Positions 15,379 through 24,948 of a DNA stretch of 58,597 nt are shown piece after piece. The notes under the pieces are model-generated. The model was not told the DNA's origin. It worked only from the letters and a program-made list of their open reading frames with translations, and made no database searches. Source of the DNA: Clostridia bacterium (lineage in GTDB: Bacteria > Bacillota > Clostridia > UBA1212 > UBA1255); contig JAGADO010000023.1 of the NCBI GenBank assembly GCA_017613535.1, positions 1 through 58,597 of the forward strand, given 5' to 3'. Position numbers and translations under genes: made by a program. Positions within the stretch are counted from its first letter, which is position 1. Each line of letters opens with the position of its first letter.

Positions 15379-18300
15379 TCAGTTCTTTTTCCTGAGCATT
15401 ATTTCCATGATCTGTGCGCGGTAGGGATCTGCCACGCCTTCGTCGGCTGCGTAGTCGCCAACTCGCTTTATCTCGATGCGGACGAAACGTGCCTTTACCG
15501 TGCCGAGCTCGTACGACTGAACTACGCCCGCAGGATCGCTTTCCTGCGTAAACGTTCCGACATCGGTGTAGTCCGAACCGCCCCTGCTGACTTTAACTGT
15601 AAATTCGAGCGGGAAGCAGGGATTTCCGCCGCTGATGCTGACCGTATCGGTACGCGGCACGAGCGAAAGAAGCGAAAACTCCTTGACCGAGCCGAGATCA
15701 AGATTGATTATTACGGGCTTATTAAGTATGCCGTCAACTGCTTTGAGCACCTCTGTCGTGAAGCCGGTGGAATTGTTCCCGTCGGTGAGGTTCGAGACGC
15801 TCCACGTCGTGCCGGACTCGAGTGATACGGAGCACGTGGCCTTCGCGCCGCGGGCAATATTTTCGCCGTACCGCAGCCTTGAGTTCACCATCAGGTCGGT
15901 ATTTCCGTTGACAGTAAAGCTTACCGATCTTTCTTCCGTCTGTACCGGTCCGCTGAAGTTCAGGAATTCTCCGAGGATGCCGTCTTCGGCTTCGACGCTG
16001 ACAACCGATCCTGTCGGTACGGTTATAGCGGCTTTTCCTCCGGCAAACATACATCTGCGGCCGTTAACTTTTATGTTTATATCCGTTCCTTCGGGCGTGT
16101 ATACGGTCAATGTGCTGTAGTCCGAGCGCGCTTTTGAGAACACTACGCCAACAGTCAGATCAGTATCGGCGGTCAATGTCTGTTTTGCGTTCCTGCCTGC
16201 CGCGCTGCCGATATAGTATGCGAATTCGTGGCCCGGAGCCGCTTCCGCGCCGAGAGCGACCTGGCTTCCGCGGCTGACCTTCAGCGTACCGGTTGATCCG
16301 CTCTCAAACATCTCACCGTTAACCGAAATCTTACCGTTCTCGGGAGCGATAACTGTAACCGAAACTTCGCTGACAGTCGTCTTCTCTTCCTTGACCTCGA
16401 AATTCAGCACTTTGCCCGAATCGCCGCTCTTAACTTTGAAGCACGCTCTTCCGTCTTCGTACCCGTAAAAACTGACATTTTCCGGAAGCGATCCGGCGGG
16501 AGCACCGTTCTCGAAGATCTTAACTCCGTCGAGATATATAACTTTTCCGGCTCCTGATGAAGGGACGCACGCAATGACTTCCGTGTCTGCAGGAGATTCG
16601 ATCTTAAGCTTGTATGTGTCGCCTTTTTCGACGTTTACGATTATATTCCCTTTCACCGAAGGAACGGTGCACGAGACGGTATTCAGGCTGCCCAAGGCGG
16701 GTCTGACCGAGTATACGCTGTAGCCGGGCTCGACAGGACTGACTCCCGCGATGTATTGACTCATCGTGAGCAGAGGGCCGCCGCTCCAGGCATGATTCAT
16801 CGTGCCGGAAGATTTGTCCCAGAACTCCCAGAGCGTGGAATAATCTTCAGCTACCATACCCGCGTATCGGGAGCGTATCCTTTCGGCAGCTTCTTCGACG
16901 AGACCCATCTCGCAAAGCGCGTCAAGCACGTATCTTTCCATATAAGGACTCGAATTCTTAACGCTCGTAAGTACCTTTTTGATCGTCCCGAACTGCTCCG
17001 GATTATCCAGATCGGCAAGCCCGCTGAGCACCGCCAGAGCATTTGCCCTGTCGTCGGGACGCTTAACGCTGCCCATGAAACCTTTGCTTGTCCACAGAAG
17101 CTGGTACGATCCGTACAGCATATCCATGCGCTCCGTCAGCTCCCTGACGGCTTCTTCGTCGCCTTTCACGGACGCGAAATATCTTACCGTACCGAGCGCT
17201 TTATAATACCAGGCGTTTTCGATGCAGACAACGTCAGCACCGTCGCCCCAGTCCATCCAGTCCCATGAACCGCTCCTGTGCACGACGAGCCCGTCCGGAC
17301 CCTGGATCCAGAGGTTCACATAATTAAGCGACGCTTCGTACACCATATCGACGAAGTCCCTGTCCCCGGTGTACATATAATACGTTTTGAAGCCGCAGAT
17401 ACCGGCAAGCTGCTGCATGGGCAGTTCGAAATACACGCCGTATCCTGCGGGGACAACTGTCTCCAGCACGTTGTTTTCGGCGGAGGACAACATATTGAAC
17501 ACGCCTTTCAGGTACAGCAGGTACGAATTCGAATCCATCGAATACATCGTCATTGCCATCTCGTTCGTGACATCGCCCCACCACTGCGCGCGCTCTCTGT
17601 CAGGGCAATCCATGAAATTGTCCCTCATCGTTACGTACAGCGTCCTGAGCGACTTCTGCCACAGCGTGTTCATAAACTCGTCATCGCACGTGAAATTTCC
17701 CGTGAACTCGGTGTTATATCCGCTCTCTCTGTATTTGAGCGCGATGATCTTAACATCTTTCGGGATCTTATACGATATATGCTCCCCGTTGAACCAGCCC
17801 TTCGACTCGAACTCCTGCCTGCCGTCCGTTGTCACGTAGCGCGTGATAACAGAGCCGAGATTCGTGTTTTCAGTCGTGATCTCGATCGTCTTTCCGGCCT
17901 CGCACTCGACGCAGAGGTACGGTACGCACTGCGCGTTGTACGGAATGTCGAGGGTGATGTAGGAAGTGGATTTTGTAGTTATTCCCGCGTAATCCGAACT
18001 GTTTTCGTAATCTTTAAGTTCAGCTACCTTTAGGAACGGTATCGGTCTGGGGTAGAGCTTTCCGAACGGGTCTTCTCCGCCTGCGCACAGCACGGAAGCG
18101 GGTTTCCAGTCCGAATCGTCGAAATCCGCAGCATTGAAGTCGCCGAGGGCTTCGCGCGCGTCATAAAGGATGTTGAATTCGGCTATCCTGTAGTTAGGCT
18201 GCCTGTCGCCCGTGTCGTTCTGATACGCCGTATCGGCGCTTACTTTCCAGCCGGAATCGCTCACGATCGAGATCTTCCTGCCGTCCGTGTACTTGTCCTC

Positions 18301-18855
18301 TTCTGCTTCGAAAAGGAATCCTCCGACGCCACTGTCAATATAAGAGAAACTACCGTCTTTTCCCCAGTACCAGACTTCCGCGGCGATCACGTTCTCGCCT
18401 TTTTTCAGGTACGGTGCAATGTCAATGCTGTCGTAGTATCCGCTTTCTCCGTCAGGTCCGCGCTTAAGGCCGCCCTCGTAAACGACGTTCACGCCGTTAA
18501 TGTACAGCCAGTACCTCGAATCAGCGGCGATGTTCGCAACGAGCTTTTCGGGCACTCTGTCGAGCTTTACTTCTTTGCGGAAAACGAGCCAGGTGTTCTC
18601 TTTACCGATACGGTCGAAATCCCAGATCCATTGGCCTTCCCAGTCGGTTTTGGGTTCGGTGTCGATGCTCACGACTCCGTTTGCCGCGCCGCTGTCTCCG
18701 CCCGACGGTTTCTGCGTGGGAACGGCATCGTTTTCCCGGCCGTTGCATGCGCTCAATACCCCCGCGGTCAATACCCCCGCGATCAGCGCCGCTGCGGCCC
18801 TGAGCCATATTTTTCTATTCACACTCTGCTCGTTCCTGCGATCCATCTGCATCAT
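15379..18855 (-). CDS. Alpha-L-rhamnosidase (GH78) lipoprotein with a C-terminal discoidin/F5-8 type C-like domain
   Basis: 1158-aa ORF with signal/lipobox GVLSAC. It carries the hallmark FMDCPDRERAQWWGD, then MNHAWSGGPL...VEPGYSVYSVRP. The C-terminal ~150 aa (…WSVSNLTDGNNSTGFTT…RFVRIEI…) look like a carbohydrate-binding discoidin domain. Confidence 0.8.
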   Translation of the reverse strand: MMQMDRRNEQSVNRKIWLRAAAALIAGVLTAGVLSACNGRENDAVPTQKPSGGDSGAANGVVSIDTEPKTDWEGQWIWDFDRIGKENTWLVFRKEVKLDRVPEKLVANIAADSRYWLYINGVNVVYEGGLKRGPDGESGYYDSIDIAPYLKKGENVIAAEVWYWGKDGSFSYIDSGVGGFLFEAEEDKYTDGRKISIVSDSGWKVSADTAYQNDTGDRQPNYRIAEFNILYDAREALGDFNAADFDDSDWKPASVLCAGGEDPFGKLYPRPIPFLKVAELKDYENSSDYAGITTKSTSYITLDIPYNAQCVPYLCVECEAGKTIEITTENTNLGSVITRYVTTDGRQEFESKGWFNGEHISYKIPKDVKIIALKYRESGYNTEFTGNFTCDDEFMNTLWQKSLRTLYVTMRDNFMDCPDRERAQWWGDVTNEMAMTMYSMDSNSYLLYLKGVFNMLSSAENNVLETVVPAGYGVYFELPMQQLAGICGFKTYYMYTGDRDFVDMVYEASLNYVNLWIQGPDGLVVHRSGSWDWMDWGDGADVVCIENAWYYKALGTVRYFASVKGDEEAVRELTERMDMLYGSYQLLWTSKGFMGSVKRPDDRANALAVLSGLADLDNPEQFGTIKKVLTSVKNSSPYMERYVLDALCEMGLVEEAAERIRSRYAGMVAEDYSTLWEFWDKSSGTMNHAWSGGPLLTMSQYIAGVSPVEPGYSVYSVRPALGSLNTVSCTVPSVKGNIIVNVEKGDTYKLKIESPADTEVIACVPSSGAGKVIYLDGVKIFENGAPAGSLPENVSFYGYEDGRACFKVKSGDSGKVLNFEVKEEKTTVSEVSVTVIAPENGKISVNGEMFESGSTGTLKVSRGSQVALGAEAAPGHEFAYYIGSAAGRNAKQTLTADTDLTVGVVFSKARSDYSTLTVYTPEGTDINIKVNGRRCMFAGGKAAITVPTGSVVSVEAEDGILGEFLNFSGPVQTEERSVSFTVNGNTDLMVNSRLRYGENIARGAKATCSVSLESGTTWSVSNLTDGNNSTGFTTEVLKAVDGILNKPVIINLDLGSVKEFSLLSLVPRTDTVSISGGNPCFPLEFTVKVSRGGSDYTDVGTFTQESDPAGVVQSYELGTVKARFVRIEIKRVGDYAADEGVADPYRAQIMEIMLRKKN

Positions 18856-18858
18856 TCC

Positions 18859-20595
18859 TCAGCCCAGAAATACGTAATTTAATCTGCCTATCGGCGCCGC
18901 GTCTCCGGAGGTATAGAAGTCCTCCTCGCCGCGAACGCGCCTGCGGCTGTCCATCCACTTGAACTGTATCTCGAATCTGTCTTCAGGTCCGATACCGACG
19001 CACTTTTTAGGAATGCGCACCATCAGCCTGTTGTCCTTATACTCGAAATCGATGACTGCGCACGGCCTGAACGTATCGGCTTCGAGCGAACGGTCGCCGT
19101 CGCATACACACGCTTCGAGAGTCGTGCGCGTGCCGGTAAACTGATAGCCGTTGGCAATGTAGTTGTACCCTTTCCAGCGTTTGCTGTAGTCGCTTTTCGA
19201 AAGGTTTTCGACGTTCAGGAACAATTGCATCCACGCGGAATTGTAGTCGTATTTTTCGATCGGGCCTTCGGTCTCAGCGCAGAAATACAGGTTCTCTTTA
19301 TCGTGCGCGGTGTAGGCAAATCTGATAGCGTGGCGGCCCGAATCGTCTTTGTAGAACGTATCGTAACCTTTGCAGCTGCGCTCGAAACCGCCCTTGGGGA
19401 AGTTTGCGTAGCACAAACCCTTCTCAGCCACCAGATCCATTGTCACCTCGCCGTCCCCGTCCGTAACGAGCTCCGGCTGAACTTCCGCCTCATCCGTGCC
19501 TTTATAGTGCCTGACGTTCGAGATCAGCTGCATATAATAATTGTCAAAATATCCTCCGCGCATCGGTTCGGCGTCTCTCGAATATTCGAGGTTTACGCAG
19601 TCAACGAAGCACAGCGGCCTTTCCGGCGTGCCTCCCCAGCGTCCCGCGATCCACTCGTTCCAGCCCGTCACGAAAACGTACGGAGGGTCTGTTTCGAGCG
19701 CTCTGTCCCACTGTTCCTGGAAGTTATAACCGAACTTCCACGCGCCTTCCGACTTATCCTCGGCACCGTTATGGAACGACCTGCCGCGGTTCGTCGTCTC
19801 TCCGTACATTGCGGAATCGCCGAACCTGATCTGCGGATGCTGCGCGATGGAAACGTTGATGATCTCTTCTTCGCCGTCAAGGTTTTCAAATACTCTCTGG
19901 GGGCGTTCGAAGTCCATCCACGGCCAGCCGCCCTGTTTAGTCGGTTCGTTCGGCCACTGGGACATTTTTATCGTGAAGAATTCGCGCGTTTCGGGAGAGC
20001 ATTCCTCTTCCCTCGCAATGATCAGAGGCTTTCCGCCGAAGCAGAACCACGAATCGCTCATGTAGCCCTTGCTGTAGATCGAATCGTACAGCATCTGGAC
20101 CGTCTTTCCGGAAGCGGTATTCGTATAAAACATCGCCTTGGGAGTGTTGAAACCCATTGCCCTGTACTCGGAAAGCAGGCGGAGCATCATCTTCGCCGTT
20201 TCTTCATATATCACGGCGTTCGTCGTATCGAACACGAGAAAGTCTATGTCAGAGTACGTCAGCATCTCCACATGACGGCGCATTACCCACTCGTCTTTCG
20301 AAAAATAGTATCCGAAAAGAGGTTCGCCCCAGTGGTGCATCACCGAATATTTGCCCCATTCATCGTCATCGGGACGGTAGCCTGCCTGAGGATCAGCTTC
20401 GAGCAGTTTTTCAATATCGAGCGGTCTTACGTCTCTGCTGTGTTCTCCGCTCCAGAGAAAGTAGAACAATCCCACGTATCTGTTTTTACGCCTTGATCCG
20501 GCCTCTTTCGACGTCGGAAGCACTCTTCCGAGATCGTCGCACGCTTTTACCGTTCCGGCAGGGGCAATTTTGTTTTTAACATTTTCTGTACTCAT
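18859..20595 (-). CDS. Putative glycoside hydrolase, cytoplasmic paralog of 11909-13927
   Basis: 578-aa ORF with no signal peptide or TM helix. It shares the motif series listed for 11909-13927. Confidence 0.55.
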   Translation of the reverse strand: MSTENVKNKIAPAGTVKACDDLGRVLPTSKEAGSRRKNRYVGLFYFLWSGEHSRDVRPLDIEKLLEADPQAGYRPDDDEWGKYSVMHHWGEPLFGYYFSKDEWVMRRHVEMLTYSDIDFLVFDTTNAVIYEETAKMMLRLLSEYRAMGFNTPKAMFYTNTASGKTVQMLYDSIYSKGYMSDSWFCFGGKPLIIAREEECSPETREFFTIKMSQWPNEPTKQGGWPWMDFERPQRVFENLDGEEEIINVSIAQHPQIRFGDSAMYGETTNRGRSFHNGAEDKSEGAWKFGYNFQEQWDRALETDPPYVFVTGWNEWIAGRWGGTPERPLCFVDCVNLEYSRDAEPMRGGYFDNYYMQLISNVRHYKGTDEAEVQPELVTDGDGEVTMDLVAEKGLCYANFPKGGFERSCKGYDTFYKDDSGRHAIRFAYTAHDKENLYFCAETEGPIEKYDYNSAWMQLFLNVENLSKSDYSKRWKGYNYIANGYQFTGTRTTLEACVCDGDRSLEADTFRPCAVIDFEYKDNRLMVRIPKKCVGIGPEDRFEIQFKWMDSRRRVRGEEDFYTSGDAAPIGRLNYVFLG

Positions 20596-20607
20596 AACGA
20601 TCTCCTT

Positions 20608-21672
20608 TTAATAAACGTCCGTCGGGTCTTTCGTTACGTATTCCGGTATATCGGGCAGTTTGAGCGCGTTCCATGTCTCCTGGTCCGTATCGCCTTCGAC
20701 GGTGCGGACAACAGAGTACGGCGCGACTCTCGTGTATATCCAGTGAGCGTCCCTGACGCAGAGGCGTATGCAGCCGTCGGAGGCAGGTGTTCCGAGCTTG
20801 TTCCAGTCCGCTGCTCTAAGCGTATTTTTATCCTTCGAATCAAACGGCGTGGAATGGAAAAGATACGACGAACTCGTGACTTTCAGTTTACCGTTTTCGT
20901 CCCACTCTGCCTTCCACATACGCGTGATGTACTGAACGGCACAGCCCTTGACCCACTCGAAATCGTAGTGGGAAAGGAAATCCGTATCTCTGATCTCGTC
21001 ATGCTGGGTCTCATTGTCCAGCACGATCCAGGTGCGCAGAGGAGTTTTTCCGTCGCGGCCGGACGAGCAGATCATCGTCTTAACAAGGCTGTCTTTTTCG
21101 CCGTTGTCGTTAAGCGAATATATGCGCACGAGCTGGGCGGTGACGTTGACCTCGATATAATAGCGCGCGTACGGCAGATCGTCCTCTTCCTGGTAATATA
21201 TTGACGGATCCCACTCCGAAGGTTTTTCGGTAGGCTTTTCTGTGGGCTTCTCTGTAGGCACTTCGGTGGGTTTCTCAGTCGGAACTTCGGTGGGCACTTC
21301 TGTCGGCTTTTCGGTCGGCTTCTCGGTCGGTTTCTCGGTAGGCTTCTCCGTGGGTTTTGAAGTTTTTTCAGGTGTCTCTTCCGATGCGGCGGTCGCGTCC
21401 GGATCTTCCGTGATCTCGGGTACTTTCGTCGCCGTGGGAGGCTGCGTCACTATATTAGGCGTGCGCGGAATGTATTCGGTTGGGTCAATGCTCCCTGCCG
21501 GTGTTATAACCATCAGCGGTTCGCGCGATGCGGTGGGCTCTTCCCCGCCTTTACCTATATTACACCCGGCCAATACCGTTCCGGCCAGCATTACCGCTAT
21601 GATCGCGGCAATTATTCTGCTTTTCCCGCCTTTTCCGGCCATATGTGTTTTCACTTTACGATCTTTAGACAT
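20608..21672 (-). CDS. L,D-transpeptidase (YkuD domain) with a (PTEK/PTEV)n linker
   Basis: ORF 20608-21726. The ATG at 21672 (MSKDRKV) is preferred (AGGTGA SD, avoids overlap). It has a TM/lipobox (LAGTVLAGC), about 12 PTE(K/V) repeats, and the catalytic motif ASDGCIRL. Confidence 0.8.
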   Translation of the reverse strand: MSKDRKVKTHMAGKGGKSRIIAAIIAVMLAGTVLAGCNIGKGGEEPTASREPLMVITPAGSIDPTEYIPRTPNIVTQPPTATKVPEITEDPDATAASEETPEKTSKPTEKPTEKPTEKPTEKPTEVPTEVPTEKPTEVPTEKPTEKPTEKPSEWDPSIYYQEEDDLPYARYYIEVNVTAQLVRIYSLNDNGEKDSLVKTMICSSGRDGKTPLRTWIVLDNETQHDEIRDTDFLSHYDFEWVKGCAVQYITRMWKAEWDENGKLKVTSSSYLFHSTPFDSKDKNTLRAADWNKLGTPASDGCIRLCVRDAHWIYTRVAPYSVVRTVEGDTDQETWNALKLPDIPEYVTKDPTDVY

Positions 21673-21676
21673 GATA

Positions 21677-23299
21677 TCACCTGCCGATATACTGCTCGCC
21701 GTAGATATCACCGAACGAAACAGCAAAAGGTTCCGTCTCTGAGCTCACGGCCATGTAGTCGCCTTCAAGGACACAATAATCAGGCGCAACGCCCTGCTTT
21801 GCGTCATTCCTGACGACGGAAATAAACACCTTGCCGCACGCGATCTCGGCATTGACGCTGCTGCTGCCGTTCGCCATACCGTCCGACTTAAGAGCATCCT
21901 TGCAAAGAACCTTGCCCGAATCCAGCATCGAAACAGATTTGATGTTTCCGCCTGCGAATCTGGCACAGTAAAGTACATTATCACCCGAAACAGTTTCCGG
22001 GAGATCCGTCGTGCGGCTGAGCGGCACTGCGCACGAAGCTGCTTTTCCGTTCGATACGTACATCAGCTTGTATACGTAACTGCTCATGCGGTTAAGCCAG
22101 CTTAAAGGATTTTTGCTGTTCATTATAAAGCTGCGGTCAGACAGAGCCATGACGTAAAAGCCGTCCTCAAAATCGCCGCCCGCATCTAAGTGGTAAGTGA
22201 TAAGCGACGGATGCGAAGCATAGCGTTTGAGCTCGCCCTTGAACGCGCAAAGCAGCGACACCTTTTCTCCGTCCGATCCTGAAACGCCTTTATAGATGCC
22301 TTTTTTATTTGCGAAAATAACGTCGAATCCGCCCTTCTGCTCGTCGAAAGAAGCAGAAAAAACTTTGTATATCCGTCCCGAGCCCGCGAACATTTCGTTC
22401 GTCTGACCGTCTCCGTCGATGCTGCTGATCTTCCCCGAATACGGGTCATACAGAAGCGCGCTGTCTTCGCCCGGGCAGCAGATCTCCGGCAGGCGGTCGA
22501 TCACCGACCTGACAAGCTTTCCGGAATCGATATCAAAAATAACTGACAGATAATTATCGCCGGTACCTGAATAAACGAGCAGCTTTCTGCCGAACACACC
22601 GTATCCGCGTATATCTGCCGCCGAATCCGAGAGCAAAAACGTATGCATTCCCTCGCTCTCAAACAGAGTGAGTTCTCCGCCTGAAGAGACGCAGAGCATC
22701 CCGCTGATCTCAGGCACAGGCAGATACGTCGCATTCTCCGCCGCACGCACTGCCGAACCGTCGCGGTAAATATTAAGCGAATTGAATTTCGAATAGCCCT
22801 CGGCAAAAACAGGCTCTCCGTTCAGGAACAAAAAGCTGTCAACGTTTTCGGCAACGCATACCGCTCCCTTGGACGTTCCGGACAGATCGGCCAGGAACAG
22901 TTTCGGGACGCCCTGCACGTCAACGACGAACAGAAGTTTTCCGCTTTCTTCGTCAAAACACGCGTGATCGCGGTACCTCACCTTCTCCCTGAGGCCGCTC
23001 TGCTCGTCATAAAAAACATACGAAACTCCTGCGGGAGTGATATCAGCCTCTGCGCCCTTATATAGCGTGTAGAGCTTCCCGTCTCTCGAAAAAACATACG
23101 GTTTTTCTGCCTCGGGAAGCAGGTCGTGATATCCGTCAATACCTATGAGCGTGTCGGACAATGTCTCGCGCATTCCCGGTCCGCCTATTTTAGACGTCAG
23201 GAACTCATCCAGCGGCTTCCATCTCAAAATGAAATGCACAAGGATCAGCACGGCGGCAACGATCAATACGGTTTTTATCACTCCATATACTTTTTTCAT
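21677..23299 (-). CDS. N-terminally membrane-anchored hypothetical protein (beta-rich ectodomain)
   Basis: 540-aa ORF with an N-terminal TM helix (VIKTVLIVAAVLILVHFIL). The start overlaps the upstream stop (TAATG). I recognised no motif. Confidence 0.55.
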   Translation of the reverse strand: MKKVYGVIKTVLIVAAVLILVHFILRWKPLDEFLTSKIGGPGMRETLSDTLIGIDGYHDLLPEAEKPYVFSRDGKLYTLYKGAEADITPAGVSYVFYDEQSGLREKVRYRDHACFDEESGKLLFVVDVQGVPKLFLADLSGTSKGAVCVAENVDSFLFLNGEPVFAEGYSKFNSLNIYRDGSAVRAAENATYLPVPEISGMLCVSSGGELTLFESEGMHTFLLSDSAADIRGYGVFGRKLLVYSGTGDNYLSVIFDIDSGKLVRSVIDRLPEICCPGEDSALLYDPYSGKISSIDGDGQTNEMFAGSGRIYKVFSASFDEQKGGFDVIFANKKGIYKGVSGSDGEKVSLLCAFKGELKRYASHPSLITYHLDAGGDFEDGFYVMALSDRSFIMNSKNPLSWLNRMSSYVYKLMYVSNGKAASCAVPLSRTTDLPETVSGDNVLYCARFAGGNIKSVSMLDSGKVLCKDALKSDGMANGSSSVNAEIACGKVFISVVRNDAKQGVAPDYCVLEGDYMAVSSETEPFAVSFGDIYGEQYIGR

Positions 23300-24735
23300 T
23301 ATTTAACGCGCTTTCTCCTGACTCTTGCCGCGCCGGAAACGGTGAGCATCAAAACAAATGCAAGTATGATCAGCACCGGCGCCTTTTTTTTCAGTGTAAA
23401 GAAGAAATCCCGGACCGGTTTTAATCTTAAAAGCGTCTGCATATGGTTCACGGCATCATCCATTGACGTGAAGTGGATCACGCGGTACGTGCCGCTGCCG
23501 GACATGTAAACGCAGGCGTAGAAACCGGCTCCGGTAATGTCCTGCGAGCAGAGAAACACGGTGTCTCCGCTTACGGGAAATGAATATGTATCGTTAAGCC
23601 GCAGCTCGCGGCTCATTCGCATAATGTTAACCGAATATTTCGAGGCAAACTCTGCTTCGGCGGACCGGACGCAGAGCAGGAAAGGATTGTATTCGCTTCC
23701 GGAATCGTACTGCATCAGAGCCGGAATGTACTCGTTGGAATCGGTGTAATACAAAGCGCTGTTGGATACCGAACCGTCGTCGGAAATGTTGAGGATAAAC
23801 AGCGATGTGGGGTTCTCTCTCTCGGAATCATTGCCGATGTGGAAACGCTCGGGGTCATTGTCCGCCCTGAACGTTTCGATACGGTTAATGCTCTGCCAGT
23901 TGTTTCCGCCGACATTCAGCATACGACCGATGAGCGTAAAACCATTGTCCGCCGTCTCAACTTCGAGTATCGCGGAGCACCAGTTTTCTTCATTCATGAA
24001 CTGTTTCTGCCACTTTAGAACGGAATCGCTTCCTTCAATGCCGTACATTGCGCATAATCCGTACCTGAAGTGTGTGCCGAGGCTGCTTTCGGTATCGGCT
24101 CCGGCTAGCATGAACGAACTGCCGGAGGATGCCACGTCGGTTATGACGGAGAAGAAGTCGGGAGAAACAGAGGCGATCTCGTTTCCGGCCTCGCCGAAAA
24201 GTGTCACTGTCCTGCCGGATATGCCTGCAAACCTGCTGCCTGAATCGTCGGCGCTGACAAAGTTATCGAATCCGCCTTCGACCTGGCTCAAAGCTGAAGG
24301 CTTGAAAAATACTGTCTCGTCTGACTTCCACTGGTCGTTAATGCCGAAAACGGCTCCGAATCCGGGCAGTGTGTCATCCCACGGAGTGCAGAGGCATACT
24401 ATTTTAAGTCCGCTGCCTGCGGTGATGAGTCCGGTGACTTCCAGCATGGTGTCCGAGAGGTAGAAATCGTGGCGTGCGATCAGTATTCCGCCGCGGTTAT
24501 AGATCTTGCAGAAGAGCATTCCGGCGTTCGCTCCTTCGGTATACCGGCCGAGTACGGCAAGGCATCCTCCCGACAGCGACGCGATTGCGGAAGGTTTCTC
24601 TCCGTCTTTAAAAACGTCCGATGCTTCGGGTTCGTAGGTCCGTGCCATAACGTTCTGAACGCCGATAAAAACCGCTGATACGGCGATGGCGATCACAGCA
24701 TATACGATTATGAAACGGAGGAGTCTCCTGACCAT
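23299..24735 (-). CDS. Hypothetical protein with N- and C-terminal TM helices
   Basis: 478-aa ORF with TM helices at both ends (RFIIVYAVIAIAVSAVFIGV; PVLIILAFVLMLTV) and an Arg/Lys tail. GAAGGGAG RBS upstream. It is the first gene after the promoter at 24774-24802. Confidence 0.55.
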   Translation of the reverse strand: MVRRLLRFIIVYAVIAIAVSAVFIGVQNVMARTYEPEASDVFKDGEKPSAIASLSGGCLAVLGRYTEGANAGMLFCKIYNRGGILIARHDFYLSDTMLEVTGLITAGSGLKIVCLCTPWDDTLPGFGAVFGINDQWKSDETVFFKPSALSQVEGGFDNFVSADDSGSRFAGISGRTVTLFGEAGNEIASVSPDFFSVITDVASSGSSFMLAGADTESSLGTHFRYGLCAMYGIEGSDSVLKWQKQFMNEENWCSAILEVETADNGFTLIGRMLNVGGNNWQSINRIETFRADNDPERFHIGNDSERENPTSLFILNISDDGSVSNSALYYTDSNEYIPALMQYDSGSEYNPFLLCVRSAEAEFASKYSVNIMRMSRELRLNDTYSFPVSGDTVFLCSQDITGAGFYACVYMSGSGTYRVIHFTSMDDAVNHMQTLLRLKPVRDFFFTLKKKAPVLIILAFVLMLTVSGAARVRRKRVK

Positions 24736-24773
24736 TTTTTACTCCCTTCGGCGCTTTATTCCGCACACTTTTT

Positions 24774-24802
24774 ATTATACCACATCTGCCGTGGAGTGGC
24801 AA
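24774..24802 (-). promoter_or_regulatory. Sigma-A promoter with extended -10 (TTGCCA-N17-TGgTATAAT) heading the 16-gene minus-strand run
   Basis: Reverse strand: -35 TTGCCA (24802-24797), 17-nt spacer ending in TGG, -10 TATAAT (24779-24774). It lies about 40 nt upstream of the ATG at 24735. Confidence 0.6.
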
Positions 24803-24948
24803 GCGCGGAAGGCGTAAAATCAGCCGGAAACGTGCCTGTAAAAGAGACCGAAAAGTGTAGCGTAAGAGCGTTTTTTGGTGTATAATACGGACAAACAGAG
24901 CAGAAAATATTTGTGCTATTATTTTAAGCATTTTACGGAGGGACTGAT

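Noticed and set aside
24858-24886. A promoter for the ADH/ALDH operon (TATAAT at 24881-24886).
   Set aside because: The -10 is perfect, but the best -35 at 17-nt spacing is TAGCGT, which is a poor match. This is plausible but too weak to list as a feature.
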